Shown piece after piece: positions 9,245-18,839 of a DNA stretch of 64,000 nt. Made by a program: the position numbers and the translations under genes. Below the pieces are notes generated by a model. The model saw nothing but the letters and a program-made list of their open reading frames with translations. It ran no database searches and had not been told where the DNA came from. The stretch comes from Candidatus Thorarchaeota archaeon (lineage in GTDB: Archaea; Asgardarchaeota; Thorarchaeia; Thorarchaeales; Thorarchaeaceae), in the NCBI GenBank assembly GCA_011364985.1, contig RDOC01000004.1:64001-128000 (forward strand), read 5' to 3'. Position 1 is the first letter of the stretch, and each line of letters opens with the position of its first letter.

Positions 9245-12200
9245 TCAGGACACACCAAAGAACTCCTTAGGATCGAATCGCTCATCCTCCTGTCTTTGCC
9301 GCTCTCTCTCATCTTTGGTTTTCTTGTCCCGTTTATTGCTCCAAGAAACAGTATCATCGCGACGGCGCCTTAGATAGAAGTAACCTACCGTAGAAACCAA
9401 GATGACACCACCAAGAATCACTATTGCAGCTAGTGGAAACGGACGAATAGTAATGAATCCAACTAGGACAAGAGAGAGCGTATCATATCCGTCCCTTTGG
9501 GCATGAATCACTATGTCGAAAGTGCCTACCTGACCTTGTGTCCAATCCTCCGACAGAGTCACTGAGTATTGGCCCGAACCCAGAGGAATAACTTCAACGG
9601 AGGTATTGCCGACTAGGATGTCTAAAGAAACATCAGGTATTCCGACTCCAACACGATCAGTAATATCTATGGTAATCACTACTCTGTCGCCCTCCCAGAT
9701 TATGTACTGATTCATCTGAATTGAATTTAGACTGAGTGAGGGCGCGGCACCCCAGTTGATCGCATTCTCTATCATATTGGTCCTTGTTTGTCCAGTCGGG
9801 TCAATCGTCGTTATGGCGATTTTTCCAGAATCTACAACACCAGCCAACATGACAGGATTGCCACTGCCCTCAGCAAGAACGGTGAGGTTCTGCCAATACG
9901 ATGAGAAGTAGCCCTGATAGCTAGCAGTCTCTTCCAGTAGATTTGGAATTGATACAAGAGGATGACCTTCGTCGGAGAGACTTATTGAATAGCCAGACTG
10001 AGAAGTGTCTACAACCAAAGGCCATGGAGACCAGCTCAAGTTTCCAGAAACACCCAAAATGACGAAAGTCCCTCCGTCTCTCACGTATTGATTTATGCTC
10101 GGCGAGGAGTCCGACAGCGATAGTGCAAATGCCTGAATCGTTCCTGGTTCAACCAAAACCGTTCTGGCAAGTGGGAATAGGATTTCGAACGTGGAGAAGT
10201 TGGATGACTCATAATACTCGAAGTCAGCACCTAAACTCACTAGAGGCACAGTTAGATAGTCAGTTGCACCAAACGCCAATACAGAAGGAACACCTCGTGC
10301 AGGAGAATGGCCATCCAAGGCAAGAGAAGTGGGATTCAAAGCAGGGATTCGAGGAGCATCATCTGGAAGGTACAGCTTTATGCTTGGGTCCCCAAATAGT
10401 ACCTGTTGGTTCGCATAGTCCCTTGGATCCCGCGATTCAAGTGGGTCAGTAAAGTCCGATGAAACGAGCGATAGTGCTCTGCTAAGAGCAACTCCAGTGG
10501 CATTTCCCTCGCATAATGCCTGCGTGAATAGAATTGAAAGCATTCCGGCTGGCTGGAAATACACTGTTCGTGGAGAGGCTGTCACGCCGACTGCACCATG
10601 CTCCATCAGCGCAACTGGTAAGCGAGAACCACCAAGCAGACAGGCAGTTAGGATGACGATAGGCGAGCCAATGTTGCCTAATACAGCCTCCAAGTCATCA
10701 GTCGTTCGTGTGATGTGATGAATGGCCTCGGTTTCAAACTGGACAGGATTTACGAGGTGGTCATTGTTATAGTCGCGGACGGATTCGCTGTGCTCGTAAC
10801 CATAGTTGGTGTCAACATCTCTCAAGGAAAAGATACCAAGACCGTTGGGTCTATCAGGAGGATCTCTAGGAGCTGCAGTAAGTGTCCCATGTGTGCTGAA
10901 CGACCAAAGTGCTATTTGTGATGTGAGTGTATCAAAGACCTCCTGAAAGCCAACGTGCGTTGAAACGGAGAACCCACCGTCTTGAATGGCTGTAAGACTA
11001 TCCTCAATCTGATTAATCTCATAGCCATTATAGAAGTTGTCAACAAAGGGCATGCCCTCAGTATAGGCATAGAGCGAGAGGAGGGCTTCACCTGCACTGT
11101 CCGCCGTCATGAATAGAAATCGATGCAGTGCTGCACGATTCACAAACACACTGGCCAAGGCAGAATCAGACGCTGGAATTCGACCCGGGCTGAAGTGACT
11201 TTGAAGAGCCCTATCGAAGCTGACCTTTAGGAGGCAAGTAGGAGAAAAGATAAGCACTTCTTGGGAGACATTGCTAACATACGCACCCCGCTCAATGGCA
11301 AATGTTCTAAAACGGTCAGCACAGGATTTCATTGTGTATCTATTTGGTATTCGTTCATCATACCAACCATTCTCCGTTCTCGTTGTCCATCTTTGCTGTA
11401 CGTAAATGTCAATCTCAGGTCCCACGAAATAGGAGGCCCAAGTTTCCTCGGCAAAGGTAGTCATTTGATTATCACTACCTGTCAGCGAAAATACTGGTGC
11501 TCCATGATATGCGCCGGAGAATGCAGCAGATCCAAACAACTCGTCTCCAGTGCCAATCGGAACAGCCACCACCAAGTCATGTTGGCCAGAGATTGAGTGT
11601 ATGGCATGGGTCACGGCAGAGTAGTTGTTGAGTAAATGAACAGAAGAAACTAGTCCGGAAAGTTGTGATTCCAATTGCGCTGAATGAATATCCAATGGAT
11701 CAACTAACAGAATGTCTGTGGCGCCAAGGCGTGACAGCGTCCAAGATGTAATCTCCGGAACCGCATCGGCACCTACATAGAGTAGCGGTGCATTCAAGAG
11801 CGACGCAAGTACTGCACCATTTGCGGCGGATTCTAGGTATGCTTGTAAATCACTAGGGAGAGAAGAAACGGACCAGGAGAGTTGCACATTGTTTTGCTCT
11901 GACTCCGGGTTCATCCATGCCCCGATGATTGTCCATTCTCCCGGAGAAGGGTAGGGAACATTCATTGAGCTAGAGAGAGGACCGGCGATAAGGCTTTCTG
12001 CCGGAGCCCAAGTCACAAGCCGCCCTTCAGGATTTACCAATGCAAAATTCAAGTCAGTACCGCTATTGTCCCAAGTCGCACTAACGTTAAGCCACTTTGC
12101 ATTATTCGGCACCGTCACAGACTGCGATAAACCAGGATGATAGTTGATGGAATAGCTGACTGGTGTGCTTCCTTGTGATAGACGTTGAAGCGCCATTGTC

Positions 12201-13066
12201 CATACTCCTTCTGTCGAGCAGGGATACCAGAAGTAAAGAGGCACCAGAGCAGATACATAAGCGGTGTTTCTTTCAAAGAAGACTTGAGTGTATACAGAAT
12301 AATCTACTGGGGTGCCCAACGGATCATACAATGTGTGCGTCAATAGTTCTGTGCCCTCCCAATCAAATGTCCCAACCATCCAGCCTGCTGAAGTCGGTGG
12401 TGTGAAGGTCACATTCTGCGTTGTCCCGTAGGTAACTGATGTGCTAGAGACAATTGGGATTATGGAAGGACTGTCGAAGGTATGGGTGGCACTACCAGAA
12501 GTCACCAGCAAGTCCTGAAAATCATCTTTTGAAAGCGCAACTACCACATTGGTGGACGATGTCCAATCCATCAGAGCAAGCTGCGCTGCGATTTCCGCAG
12601 AATCCGATGATTTGATGCGGGGAAAGAGTCTGGTTCCGATTTGATACTGAATCGCCTTGATTTCAAAGTCGGAAAAATCACCTATGCTAATTGCCTGTGT
12701 AACAGGTTCGGACACCCCCAAGTAATCGACCCAATCTGAAATCAACCATTCTTCTGAGTCGGATCCTCCTGAATGGATTAGCGGAGATATATATTGAGTC
12801 CCATTGTATAGATACACAGAAGTGGGAACGGCAGCCATATAGGCAAAATCATCCACGTAGGAAGAGGGGTCATATGAAACAAAGGCTGCACGCCGCAGTG
12901 GTGTTGGCTCATCTGGAAGACCAGCAGAGAGAGAATGGATGTTTTCACTTGGACCAAGCGATTGATCATCCATAGAACGAATGGAGCTAGTTGCTGTGAA
13001 TGACAAGGTAAGAAGCAGAACCAGTAGTAGTGCGGTAGCGACTCGGTTTTTTGTGTCAGTGTTCAA
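9245..13066 (-). CDS. Large secreted, C-terminally membrane-anchored protein with CWB2-like segments and a peptidase C25 (gingipain/caspase-clan)-like domain
   Basis: N-terminal signal peptide; LASLLNAPLLYV; GRIP..THG..TAC..GAVG..LFGDP; C-terminal TM helix followed by RRRR. Confidence 0.75.
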   Translation of the reverse strand: MNTDTKNRVATALLLVLLLTLSFTATSSIRSMDDQSLGPSENIHSLSAGLPDEPTPLRRAAFVSYDPSSYVDDFAYMAAVPTSVYLYNGTQYISPLIHSGGSDSEEWLISDWVDYLGVSEPVTQAISIGDFSDFEIKAIQYQIGTRLFPRIKSSDSAEIAAQLALMDWTSSTNVVVALSKDDFQDLLVTSGSATHTFDSPSIIPIVSSTSVTYGTTQNVTFTPPTSAGWMVGTFDWEGTELLTHTLYDPLGTPVDYSVYTQVFFERNTAYVSALVPLYFWYPCSTEGVWTMALQRLSQGSTPVSYSINYHPGLSQSVTVPNNAKWLNVSATWDNSGTDLNFALVNPEGRLVTWAPAESLIAGPLSSSMNVPYPSPGEWTIIGAWMNPESEQNNVQLSWSVSSLPSDLQAYLESAANGAVLASLLNAPLLYVGADAVPEITSWTLSRLGATDILLVDPLDIHSAQLESQLSGLVSSVHLLNNYSAVTHAIHSISGQHDLVVAVPIGTGDELFGSAAFSGAYHGAPVFSLTGSDNQMTTFAEETWASYFVGPEIDIYVQQRWTTRTENGWYDERIPNRYTMKSCADRFRTFAIERGAYVSNVSQEVLIFSPTCLLKVSFDRALQSHFSPGRIPASDSALASVFVNRAALHRFLFMTADSAGEALLSLYAYTEGMPFVDNFYNGYEINQIEDSLTAIQDGGFSVSTHVGFQEVFDTLTSQIALWSFSTHGTLTAAPRDPPDRPNGLGIFSLRDVDTNYGYEHSESVRDYNNDHLVNPVQFETEAIHHITRTTDDLEAVLGNIGSPIVILTACLLGGSRLPVALMEHGAVGVTASPRTVYFQPAGMLSILFTQALCEGNATGVALSRALSLVSSDFTDPLESRDPRDYANQQVLFGDPSIKLYLPDDAPRIPALNPTSLALDGHSPARGVPSVLAFGATDYLTVPLVSLGADFEYYESSNFSTFEILFPLARTVLVEPGTIQAFALSLSDSSPSINQYVRDGGTFVILGVSGNLSWSPWPLVVDTSQSGYSISLSDEGHPLVSIPNLLEETASYQGYFSSYWQNLTVLAEGSGNPVMLAGVVDSGKIAITTIDPTGQTRTNMIENAINWGAAPSLSLNSIQMNQYIIWEGDRVVITIDITDRVGVGIPDVSLDILVGNTSVEVIPLGSGQYSVTLSEDWTQGQVGTFDIVIHAQRDGYDTLSLVLVGFITIRPFPLAAIVILGGVILVSTVGYFYLRRRRDDTVSWSNKRDKKTKDERERQRQEDERFDPKEFFGVS

Positions 13067-13187
13067 GCAACGGGCACTCCTTGGGAGAATCCTAAGGTCA
13101 GTTCAGATGGAGATAGGACATTTTCGCAGATTAGACCTGACCCTGCATGTTTTTGTAATGAAGAAACCCATATAATCGAACCTGCGA

Positions 13188-14066
13188 TTACTCCTCAAAG
13201 TCGAGGGAGTCCTCATCAAACTCCTCATCGAATTCCTCGTCATCCTGTTCCTCGACTTCTTCTTCCTCGGGTAATGCATCCTGCAGGTCGTCTAGTATCT
13301 TCCTCAGTCGACGACGTGTAGCCTTGGGGACATCCCACATTTTCTGTTCGGCGCGCTCGACCACCTCTCTGGCAATATCATAGATTTCAGCCTCAAGATA
13401 GTATTGCGCAGCCTCTACAAAGTGCTCTGCTGATTTTCTCTGATTCCCATTCATCTCTGCGATATCTCCAAGCAAAGACAATGCATCAGCAATACCAGCT
13501 TTGTCATCAATATCACGGTAGATTTTTAGTGCCTTTTTGAACTCCTTTTCAGCCGAGTCCCAATCTTCACGGTCTGCATAGGCATTGCCCACATCCATAA
13601 CGGTGCTTGCTACACCTTGATGATTTCCAGAGGACTTGTATGCGCTTTGCGCATGTCTAAAGTACTCAAGCGCTTTATCAAACTCACCAAGGCCGTGCTT
13701 TGCTAAGCCTAAGGCATACATTGCGTCCGCTTCGCCATCTGGATTCTTGACCTCTTTGAAAAGATTCATAGCCTTCTCGCATGACGTGGCTGCATCGGCC
13801 CATCGTTCAAGATTAATCTGAGCTACTCCAAGATTGTACATGGCATCGCTAATGCCCGTCTCATCCTTAAGGTCCTCATAAATCCCTAGCGCCTGTTCAA
13901 AACAGCCCAATGCCTCATCGTATTCTGCGACGGACATGTATACGTTACCAACTGCATTCATAATTCTAGCCGCAGTGTCTTTGTCCCCGGCAGCCAAAGC
14001 TTCGTCAGCCTGATCAAGTAGCTCTGCTGGATCCATGTCCTCAAAGGAATCATCTTCGTCGCTCAT
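13188..14066 (-). CDS. Tetratricopeptide repeat protein with acidic termini
   Basis: About five TPRs (e.g. AMYNLGVAQ..WADAATSCEKAM); start placed at MSDEDD. Confidence 0.9.
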   Translation of the reverse strand: MSDEDDSFEDMDPAELLDQADEALAAGDKDTAARIMNAVGNVYMSVAEYDEALGCFEQALGIYEDLKDETGISDAMYNLGVAQINLERWADAATSCEKAMNLFKEVKNPDGEADAMYALGLAKHGLGEFDKALEYFRHAQSAYKSSGNHQGVASTVMDVGNAYADREDWDSAEKEFKKALKIYRDIDDKAGIADALSLLGDIAEMNGNQRKSAEHFVEAAQYYLEAEIYDIAREVVERAEQKMWDVPKATRRRLRKILDDLQDALPEEEEVEEQDDEEFDEEFDEDSLDFEE

Positions 14067-14130
14067 AAGGCATTCCTCAGCCAGTGAGAAATGATGCAAA
14101 CTATCTCTCTTTTGAGCCTTTCTGAATCCC

Positions 14131-14832
14131 TTATTTGCTCATGATTAGATTGGGATTCTTCAAGAATTTCTTGACCTTCTCATTCACTTGGAACCGCTCA
14201 TCGCCGACCTGCACTTCCAAGAGTTTTCGAAGCTCGAATCGCCGGAGGTATCCAACAGCCTGATCTCGAGAAACATTGAGGTCTTTCATCAAGTGCTTTA
14301 GTCCGTTCTCAGATCCACTATACTGGGCAAATTTGGTGAACACATTACTCCATTGCATCATTGCCAAGAACAATAGAGTTCGCAAGACCCGGTCAACATT
14401 CTCACCGGTTTCAGCGGAACAAGGCATTACTGCTTGACCCACCAAGAATTTCATTCGATCCCTCAATTGGTCAACTCGCCGCGCTTCTGCAAGGTCCTGT
14501 TTATTTGCAGCAACGACACAGGGCACACCAGGAAGAAAGAATGCAATCTCCCTAAAGAAGAGCTTTGCACGTGCATCAGATTCAGGATCGGAAGAGTCAA
14601 CCACAAGAATAATCCCATCAGCACCTGAGCTGAGTATCTTCCTCATTGTCCTAAACCGCAGAAGACCTGGAGTACCAAATAGGAATACGCTCATTCCATC
14701 CACATTTGTCAGTCCATGGTCCATCGCAATCGTTGTCCCTCTTCTCTCAATATTGATGCAGGCACCGTTTGTGAGATGATGGATTATTCTGCTCTTGCCT
14801 GATTCATATGGTCCTGTCACTATGATCTTCAT
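14131..14832 (-). CDS. Small GTPase (MglA/conservon CvnD-like) with a C-terminal winged-helix-like domain
   Basis: GPYESGKS, TTIAMDHG, FGTPGL, NKQD and CSAETG. Confidence 0.85.
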   Translation of the reverse strand: MKIIVTGPYESGKSRIIHHLTNGACINIERRGTTIAMDHGLTNVDGMSVFLFGTPGLLRFRTMRKILSSGADGIILVVDSSDPESDARAKLFFREIAFFLPGVPCVVAANKQDLAEARRVDQLRDRMKFLVGQAVMPCSAETGENVDRVLRTLLFLAMMQWSNVFTKFAQYSGSENGLKHLMKDLNVSRDQAVGYLRRFELRKLLEVQVGDERFQVNEKVKKFLKNPNLIMSK

Positions 14833-15028
14833 AGCACTCCACCTGCATTCTTCATACCTTGGTGCTGGATTCAGAGTTGAGCTTCACGCGTTAAATGGTT
14901 TGTCGTACTGAATCCCAATAATATTCCTATGCGGTGTAGAGTAGAATGAAAAATAGTTTCAAACCCATTGGTTTATATCGGCAATTAACGAACTGCTATA
15001 TGAAAGCTCGTTTAGAAGTGAACCTCAA

Positions 15029-15193
15029 ATGGCTCAGGTTGAGAAAACACATGAGAAGGAATTCTGGCTCTTTCGCGAGGAGCCAGAACCAGGGGATATT
15101 GAATTCATTAGGTCTGTAGAACCAAACATTGACTTTTCGTCCATGGAAGGAATTACAGAACTGATTGACAGACTTTACCATATACTGGATTAG
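15029..15193 (+). CDS. Putative small acidic protein (54 aa), absent from the ORF track
   Basis: Manual translation MAQVEKTHEKEFWLFREEPEPGDIEFIRSVEPNIDFSSMEGITELIDRLYHILD; upstream GAAGTGA resembles an RBS; TTTATA at about 14972. Confidence 0.4.
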   Translation: MAQVEKTHEKEFWLFREEPEPGDIEFIRSVEPNIDFSSMEGITELIDRLYHILD

Positions 15194-15466
15194 GAATGAC
15201 ATCTTGTCATTCACGCGAGAAGAGGATGAAAACACTTGCTCGCGACGACAGTACTCTTCCGAATTAAGGTCAACTTGCCCTATGAGTAGCTCGTTTCGAG
15301 ATTGTCTCATATTTTCAGCGAAACGAGAACGATGTTCTCCAGCAGCTTCCAGCTTCGCTAGAAATTGAACGGCAGAGCCCCATTTCAAGATGAATCTGCC
15401 TTCTTTTTCACAAGCCTTATAGCCAATGGCAAGAGTCAGTACATGTCGAGCAAAGGGATGCAGCAT

Positions 15467-16912
15467 ATGGAAATCAAGAGGATAAATGAGAATCTTTACG
15501 AAATACCAGATACCACCCAAGCATGCATGAGAGTGCCTGTGAGAATACATGCATCAAAGGCACTTCTGGATAAGATGAAGCATGACAAGACATTTGCGCA
15601 AGGAGTAAATGTAGCATGCTTGCCCGGAATCTACTCGCATAGTATTATTCTCCCCGATGGGCATCAAGGTTACGGATTCCCAATTGGGGGTGTTGCTGCA
15701 ACGGATTACGAAGATGGAGTGATAAGTCCGGGAGGAGTTGGGTATGACATTAACTGTGGAGTGAGAGTTCTCACCACAAATCTTGATGAGGAGGATGTCA
15801 GACCAAAACTAAGGACGCTCATCGACCGTCTCTTTTCAGAGGTGCCTACCGGAGTTGGAAAAACAGGGAAGATCATGCTCGGTTCTCAGAGAGGAGTAGA
15901 TGAAGTTCTGGACGAGGGAGCAAAATGGGCTGTAGAACAGGGTTATGGCTGGGAGAAAGATCTAGAGCACATAGAGGCAGGAGGCACACTCGATATTGCG
16001 GATGCCTCAAAGGTTTCCCCAGAGGCAAAGAAGCGTGGACAGAAGCAAGTCGGAACCCTTGGCTCAGGCAATCATTTCCTTGAAATCCAGCTTGTCGACG
16101 ACATATATGACGAAAGAGCTGCAAGAGCCATGGGAATCACTCGAGAGGGGCAGGTCACAGTCATGATTCATAGTGGTTCGAGAGGACTTGGACACCAGGT
16201 ATGCGGCGATTACATTAGAACGATGACTCATGCTATGAGAAAATACAATATCGAAGTTCCTGATCGAGAGCTCTGCAGTGTGCCAACAACCTCAGATGAG
16301 GGCCAAGCATACTTGGGAGCAATGAGTGCCGCTGCCAACTTCGCATGGGTAAACAGGCAGGCCATGATGCATTGGACACGGGAGGCATTCTCAAAGGTGA
16401 TGGGGCAATCACCCGAAGATCTAGATATGAATCTAGTCTATGATGTAGCCCACAATATGGGAAAAGTGGAGGAACACGAAATAGAGGGCCGTAGACGAAA
16501 AGTGGTTGTACACAGAAAAGGAGCGACAAGAGCATTTCCACCGAGCCATCCCGAAACGCCTGCAGCATATTCCGAAATTGGTCAACCTGTGTTGATCCCC
16601 GGCACTATGGGAACTGCCTCATACATACTGGTGGGAAATCAGAGAGGGATGGACCTCACATTCGGATCAACAGCACACGGCGCTGGACGGTTCATGAGCA
16701 GAAGCAAAGCAAAAAAGGAGTTCTTCGGGAAAGACGTTCAGCGAAACCTTGCAGAGGAAGGGATTATTGTCAGGTCAACCTCTGCAGTTGTGATTGCGGA
16801 GGAAGCACCCGGTGCATACAAAGATGTTGACGAAGTAGTGAAGGTTTCTGACGTGCTTGGGATTGCCACAAAAGCGGTCAGACTACGTCCCATTGGAGTC
16901 ATCAAGGGATAG
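15467..16912 (+). CDS. rtcB: RNA-splicing ligase RtcB
   Basis: PDGHQGYGFPIGGV, GYDINCG, GSGNHF, YDVAHN, HRKGAT, HGAGR and EEAPGAYK. Confidence 0.97.
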   Translation: MEIKRINENLYEIPDTTQACMRVPVRIHASKALLDKMKHDKTFAQGVNVACLPGIYSHSIILPDGHQGYGFPIGGVAATDYEDGVISPGGVGYDINCGVRVLTTNLDEEDVRPKLRTLIDRLFSEVPTGVGKTGKIMLGSQRGVDEVLDEGAKWAVEQGYGWEKDLEHIEAGGTLDIADASKVSPEAKKRGQKQVGTLGSGNHFLEIQLVDDIYDERAARAMGITREGQVTVMIHSGSRGLGHQVCGDYIRTMTHAMRKYNIEVPDRELCSVPTTSDEGQAYLGAMSAAANFAWVNRQAMMHWTREAFSKVMGQSPEDLDMNLVYDVAHNMGKVEEHEIEGRRRKVVVHRKGATRAFPPSHPETPAAYSEIGQPVLIPGTMGTASYILVGNQRGMDLTFGSTAHGAGRFMSRSKAKKEFFGKDVQRNLAEEGIIVRSTSAVVIAEEAPGAYKDVDEVVKVSDVLGIATKAVRLRPIGVIKG

Positions 16913-17842
16913 TTGTTTCTTCCACTCATGTTGGACAATATCCGCAAGAACAAGTGCGATTCCTAGAAGTATTACGCAGAACCCAGTGAAGGCTAATGTC
17001 CGGGGAATCTCTGAAGGGCCAATGAAGATAATGGCTAGCAGTGTTGCGCCAATTGGTTCTCCTAAGACAGCCGAAGACACAACATAGGCAGGAACCAGAG
17101 TCAATAGGTAGTTGTTGACCGAATGGCCCAAGGCTGTTGGGAAGATTGCCAATGCCAAGAAAATCGCGATTTCGCTGGGTTCAAGGACAATGAAATTGAG
17201 ACCCATCGGAATTCCAAAAAGGAGACTGACCAAGGCCGCCACAAAGTAGACGATAGAAGTGTAGACAGTTATTGGAATCCCCTGCGCATACCTCCGTCCC
17301 CCAATGAAATACACTGCAAGAGTGAATGCACTTAGAAGAGCCAGCATATCACCATGAACGGCTCCAAGACCTTGTGTCACAAGGTCATCCCACGCAAGAA
17401 TCAATGCTCCTGAAACGGCTATGAGAACTCCAGCCCAAGATTCTCTTCGTAACGACTCTCCTAAGACCATGGTTGAGATAATCGCAGTGAAAATTGGTGA
17501 TGTATTAACAAGCACAACACTGGCAGCCACAGTGGTTTCGAAGAGTGATGTGAACCATGTTGAGAAATGAAATGAGAGCACGGCACCAATCGCCACTAGC
17601 CAGGGCCAAGTTCTTTTTACTTGCGCAATCCGAGTTCGAGCAAAATCACCACGAATTGCACCCACGCTGGCCATCAGAATTGCACCAAGCAGAGTTCGCC
17701 AGAAGACAATGACTAGAGGTGGAGAAACGCTGAATTTTATGAGAACGCTCGCACTGGACACCATTGATACTGAGAGCACAAGAAGGGGTAGTACTTTCGA
17801 TCGGTTTGTTGTTTGGTCAATCTGCAGTGGGCCCATTCGCAA
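16883..17842 (-). CDS. DMT/EamA family transporter
   Basis: About 10 TM helices in two EamA repeats; TSPIFT and EPIGATLLA. Confidence 0.9.
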   Translation of the reverse strand: MRMGPLQIDQTTNRSKVLPLLVLSVSMVSSASVLIKFSVSPPLVIVFWRTLLGAILMASVGAIRGDFARTRIAQVKRTWPWLVAIGAVLSFHFSTWFTSLFETTVAASVVLVNTSPIFTAIISTMVLGESLRRESWAGVLIAVSGALILAWDDLVTQGLGAVHGDMLALLSAFTLAVYFIGGRRYAQGIPITVYTSIVYFVAALVSLLFGIPMGLNFIVLEPSEIAIFLALAIFPTALGHSVNNYLLTLVPAYVVSSAVLGEPIGATLLAIIFIGPSEIPRTLAFTGFCVILLGIALVLADIVQHEWKKQLSLDDSNGT

Positions 17843-17852
17843 TCCTCACTCA

Positions 17853-18341
17853 TCAAGAAATTCTTTTTCCGCACCGGACACACCAGTATATGTCATTCTC
17901 TCTCGCTGCAATATGGGAAGGGCATCCAGAGCATTTCTTGAGAACTAGCTCACTGAGGTTCATAGATTGAAGAATCGCCGCCACTTCATCCACAGACGCG
18001 TATTCAAAAATGGCGGAACCGGAGGCTCCAATTACCATTTTGGACAAGTACAATTCATCCTTACGGTGAAATAGGATAAGCGGCTTCTTCAATTCTATTG
18101 CTAACATAATCTCCATGCCAACACCATGGGAAGGATCTGATATCTCTGCGATCACCATACTCGATTTTCGAAGGGCATCAACATCCCTTCGGTAAATGAT
18201 TGTCGCATCTGCTGGAGGAAGAAACTGAGGAGCGAATACCTCAACACTGCGCAATTGAAGAACTTCAATTACTGTCTTGTAGAAGGCATCTTTCCGATTC
18301 TCAGAAATTATTATCGGACCAGACAGATATGCAAGAACCAT
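17853..18341 (-). CDS. Nucleoside 2-deoxyribosyltransferase/DNPH1-like protein with a C-terminal Zn ribbon
   Basis: YLSGP, IYRRD, PSHGVGMEI; C-terminal CSGC..CVRC. Confidence 0.82.
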   Translation of the reverse strand: MVLAYLSGPIIISENRKDAFYKTVIEVLQLRSVEVFAPQFLPPADATIIYRRDVDALRKSSMVIAEISDPSHGVGMEIMLAIELKKPLILFHRKDELYLSKMVIGASGSAIFEYASVDEVAAILQSMNLSELVLKKCSGCPSHIAARENDIYWCVRCGKRIS

Positions 18342-18375
18342 TGAATCTCCCCTCTCACTTCTGATGTGCCAGCAT

Positions 18376-18735
18376 TCATTCGTCGGTTTGGGAGGACTGA
18401 GACATAGTACTTAGTTCTGAAATTGATGGCAATGTCCCGTCATCATCGACTATCTCCAACTTTCCTGACCGACCAAGTGATAACTGTATTTTTCCTTGCC
18501 ACTCTTTTGCCCAGCCATCACGGATTCTGGCAATCATGCCAGCGGATATATCGGATCCTTCTCCAAACCCCCATAGACTCAAAATGACTGTTCCAGTATC
18601 ATCAGCGACTAGTACCTCGGTCAGTTGTGTCTTGCGACCTCCTCTTGTTTGGACTATGCGAGGTGGAGCAACTGATACAACACGAACGACTACTTCATCG
18701 ACATTTGTACCGGCTTCAATTTCGTTTATTTTCAT
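18376..18735 (-). CDS. ssb: Single-OB-fold single-stranded DNA-binding protein
   Basis: VADDTGTVILSLW, KEWQGKIQLSLGR and an acidic tail, as in crenarchaeal-type SSB. Confidence 0.85.
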   Translation of the reverse strand: MKINEIEAGTNVDEVVVRVVSVAPPRIVQTRGGRKTQLTEVLVADDTGTVILSLWGFGEGSDISAGMIARIRDGWAKEWQGKIQLSLGRSGKLEIVDDDGTLPSISELSTMSQSSQTDE

Positions 18736-18839
18736 TCTTGTAACCTCGCTGTATTAGAACCAGAATGGACATCCTTGCTAGAGAAGCATTAGCAAATCAG
18801 TCTTGCCCCTTTGCAAACATGAAATCGGATGATAGTGGA

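Noticed and set aside
14996-15550. 184-aa minus-strand ORF
   Set aside because: Overlaps the rtcB start and the small plus-strand ORF, and has no motif; probably a shadow ORF.
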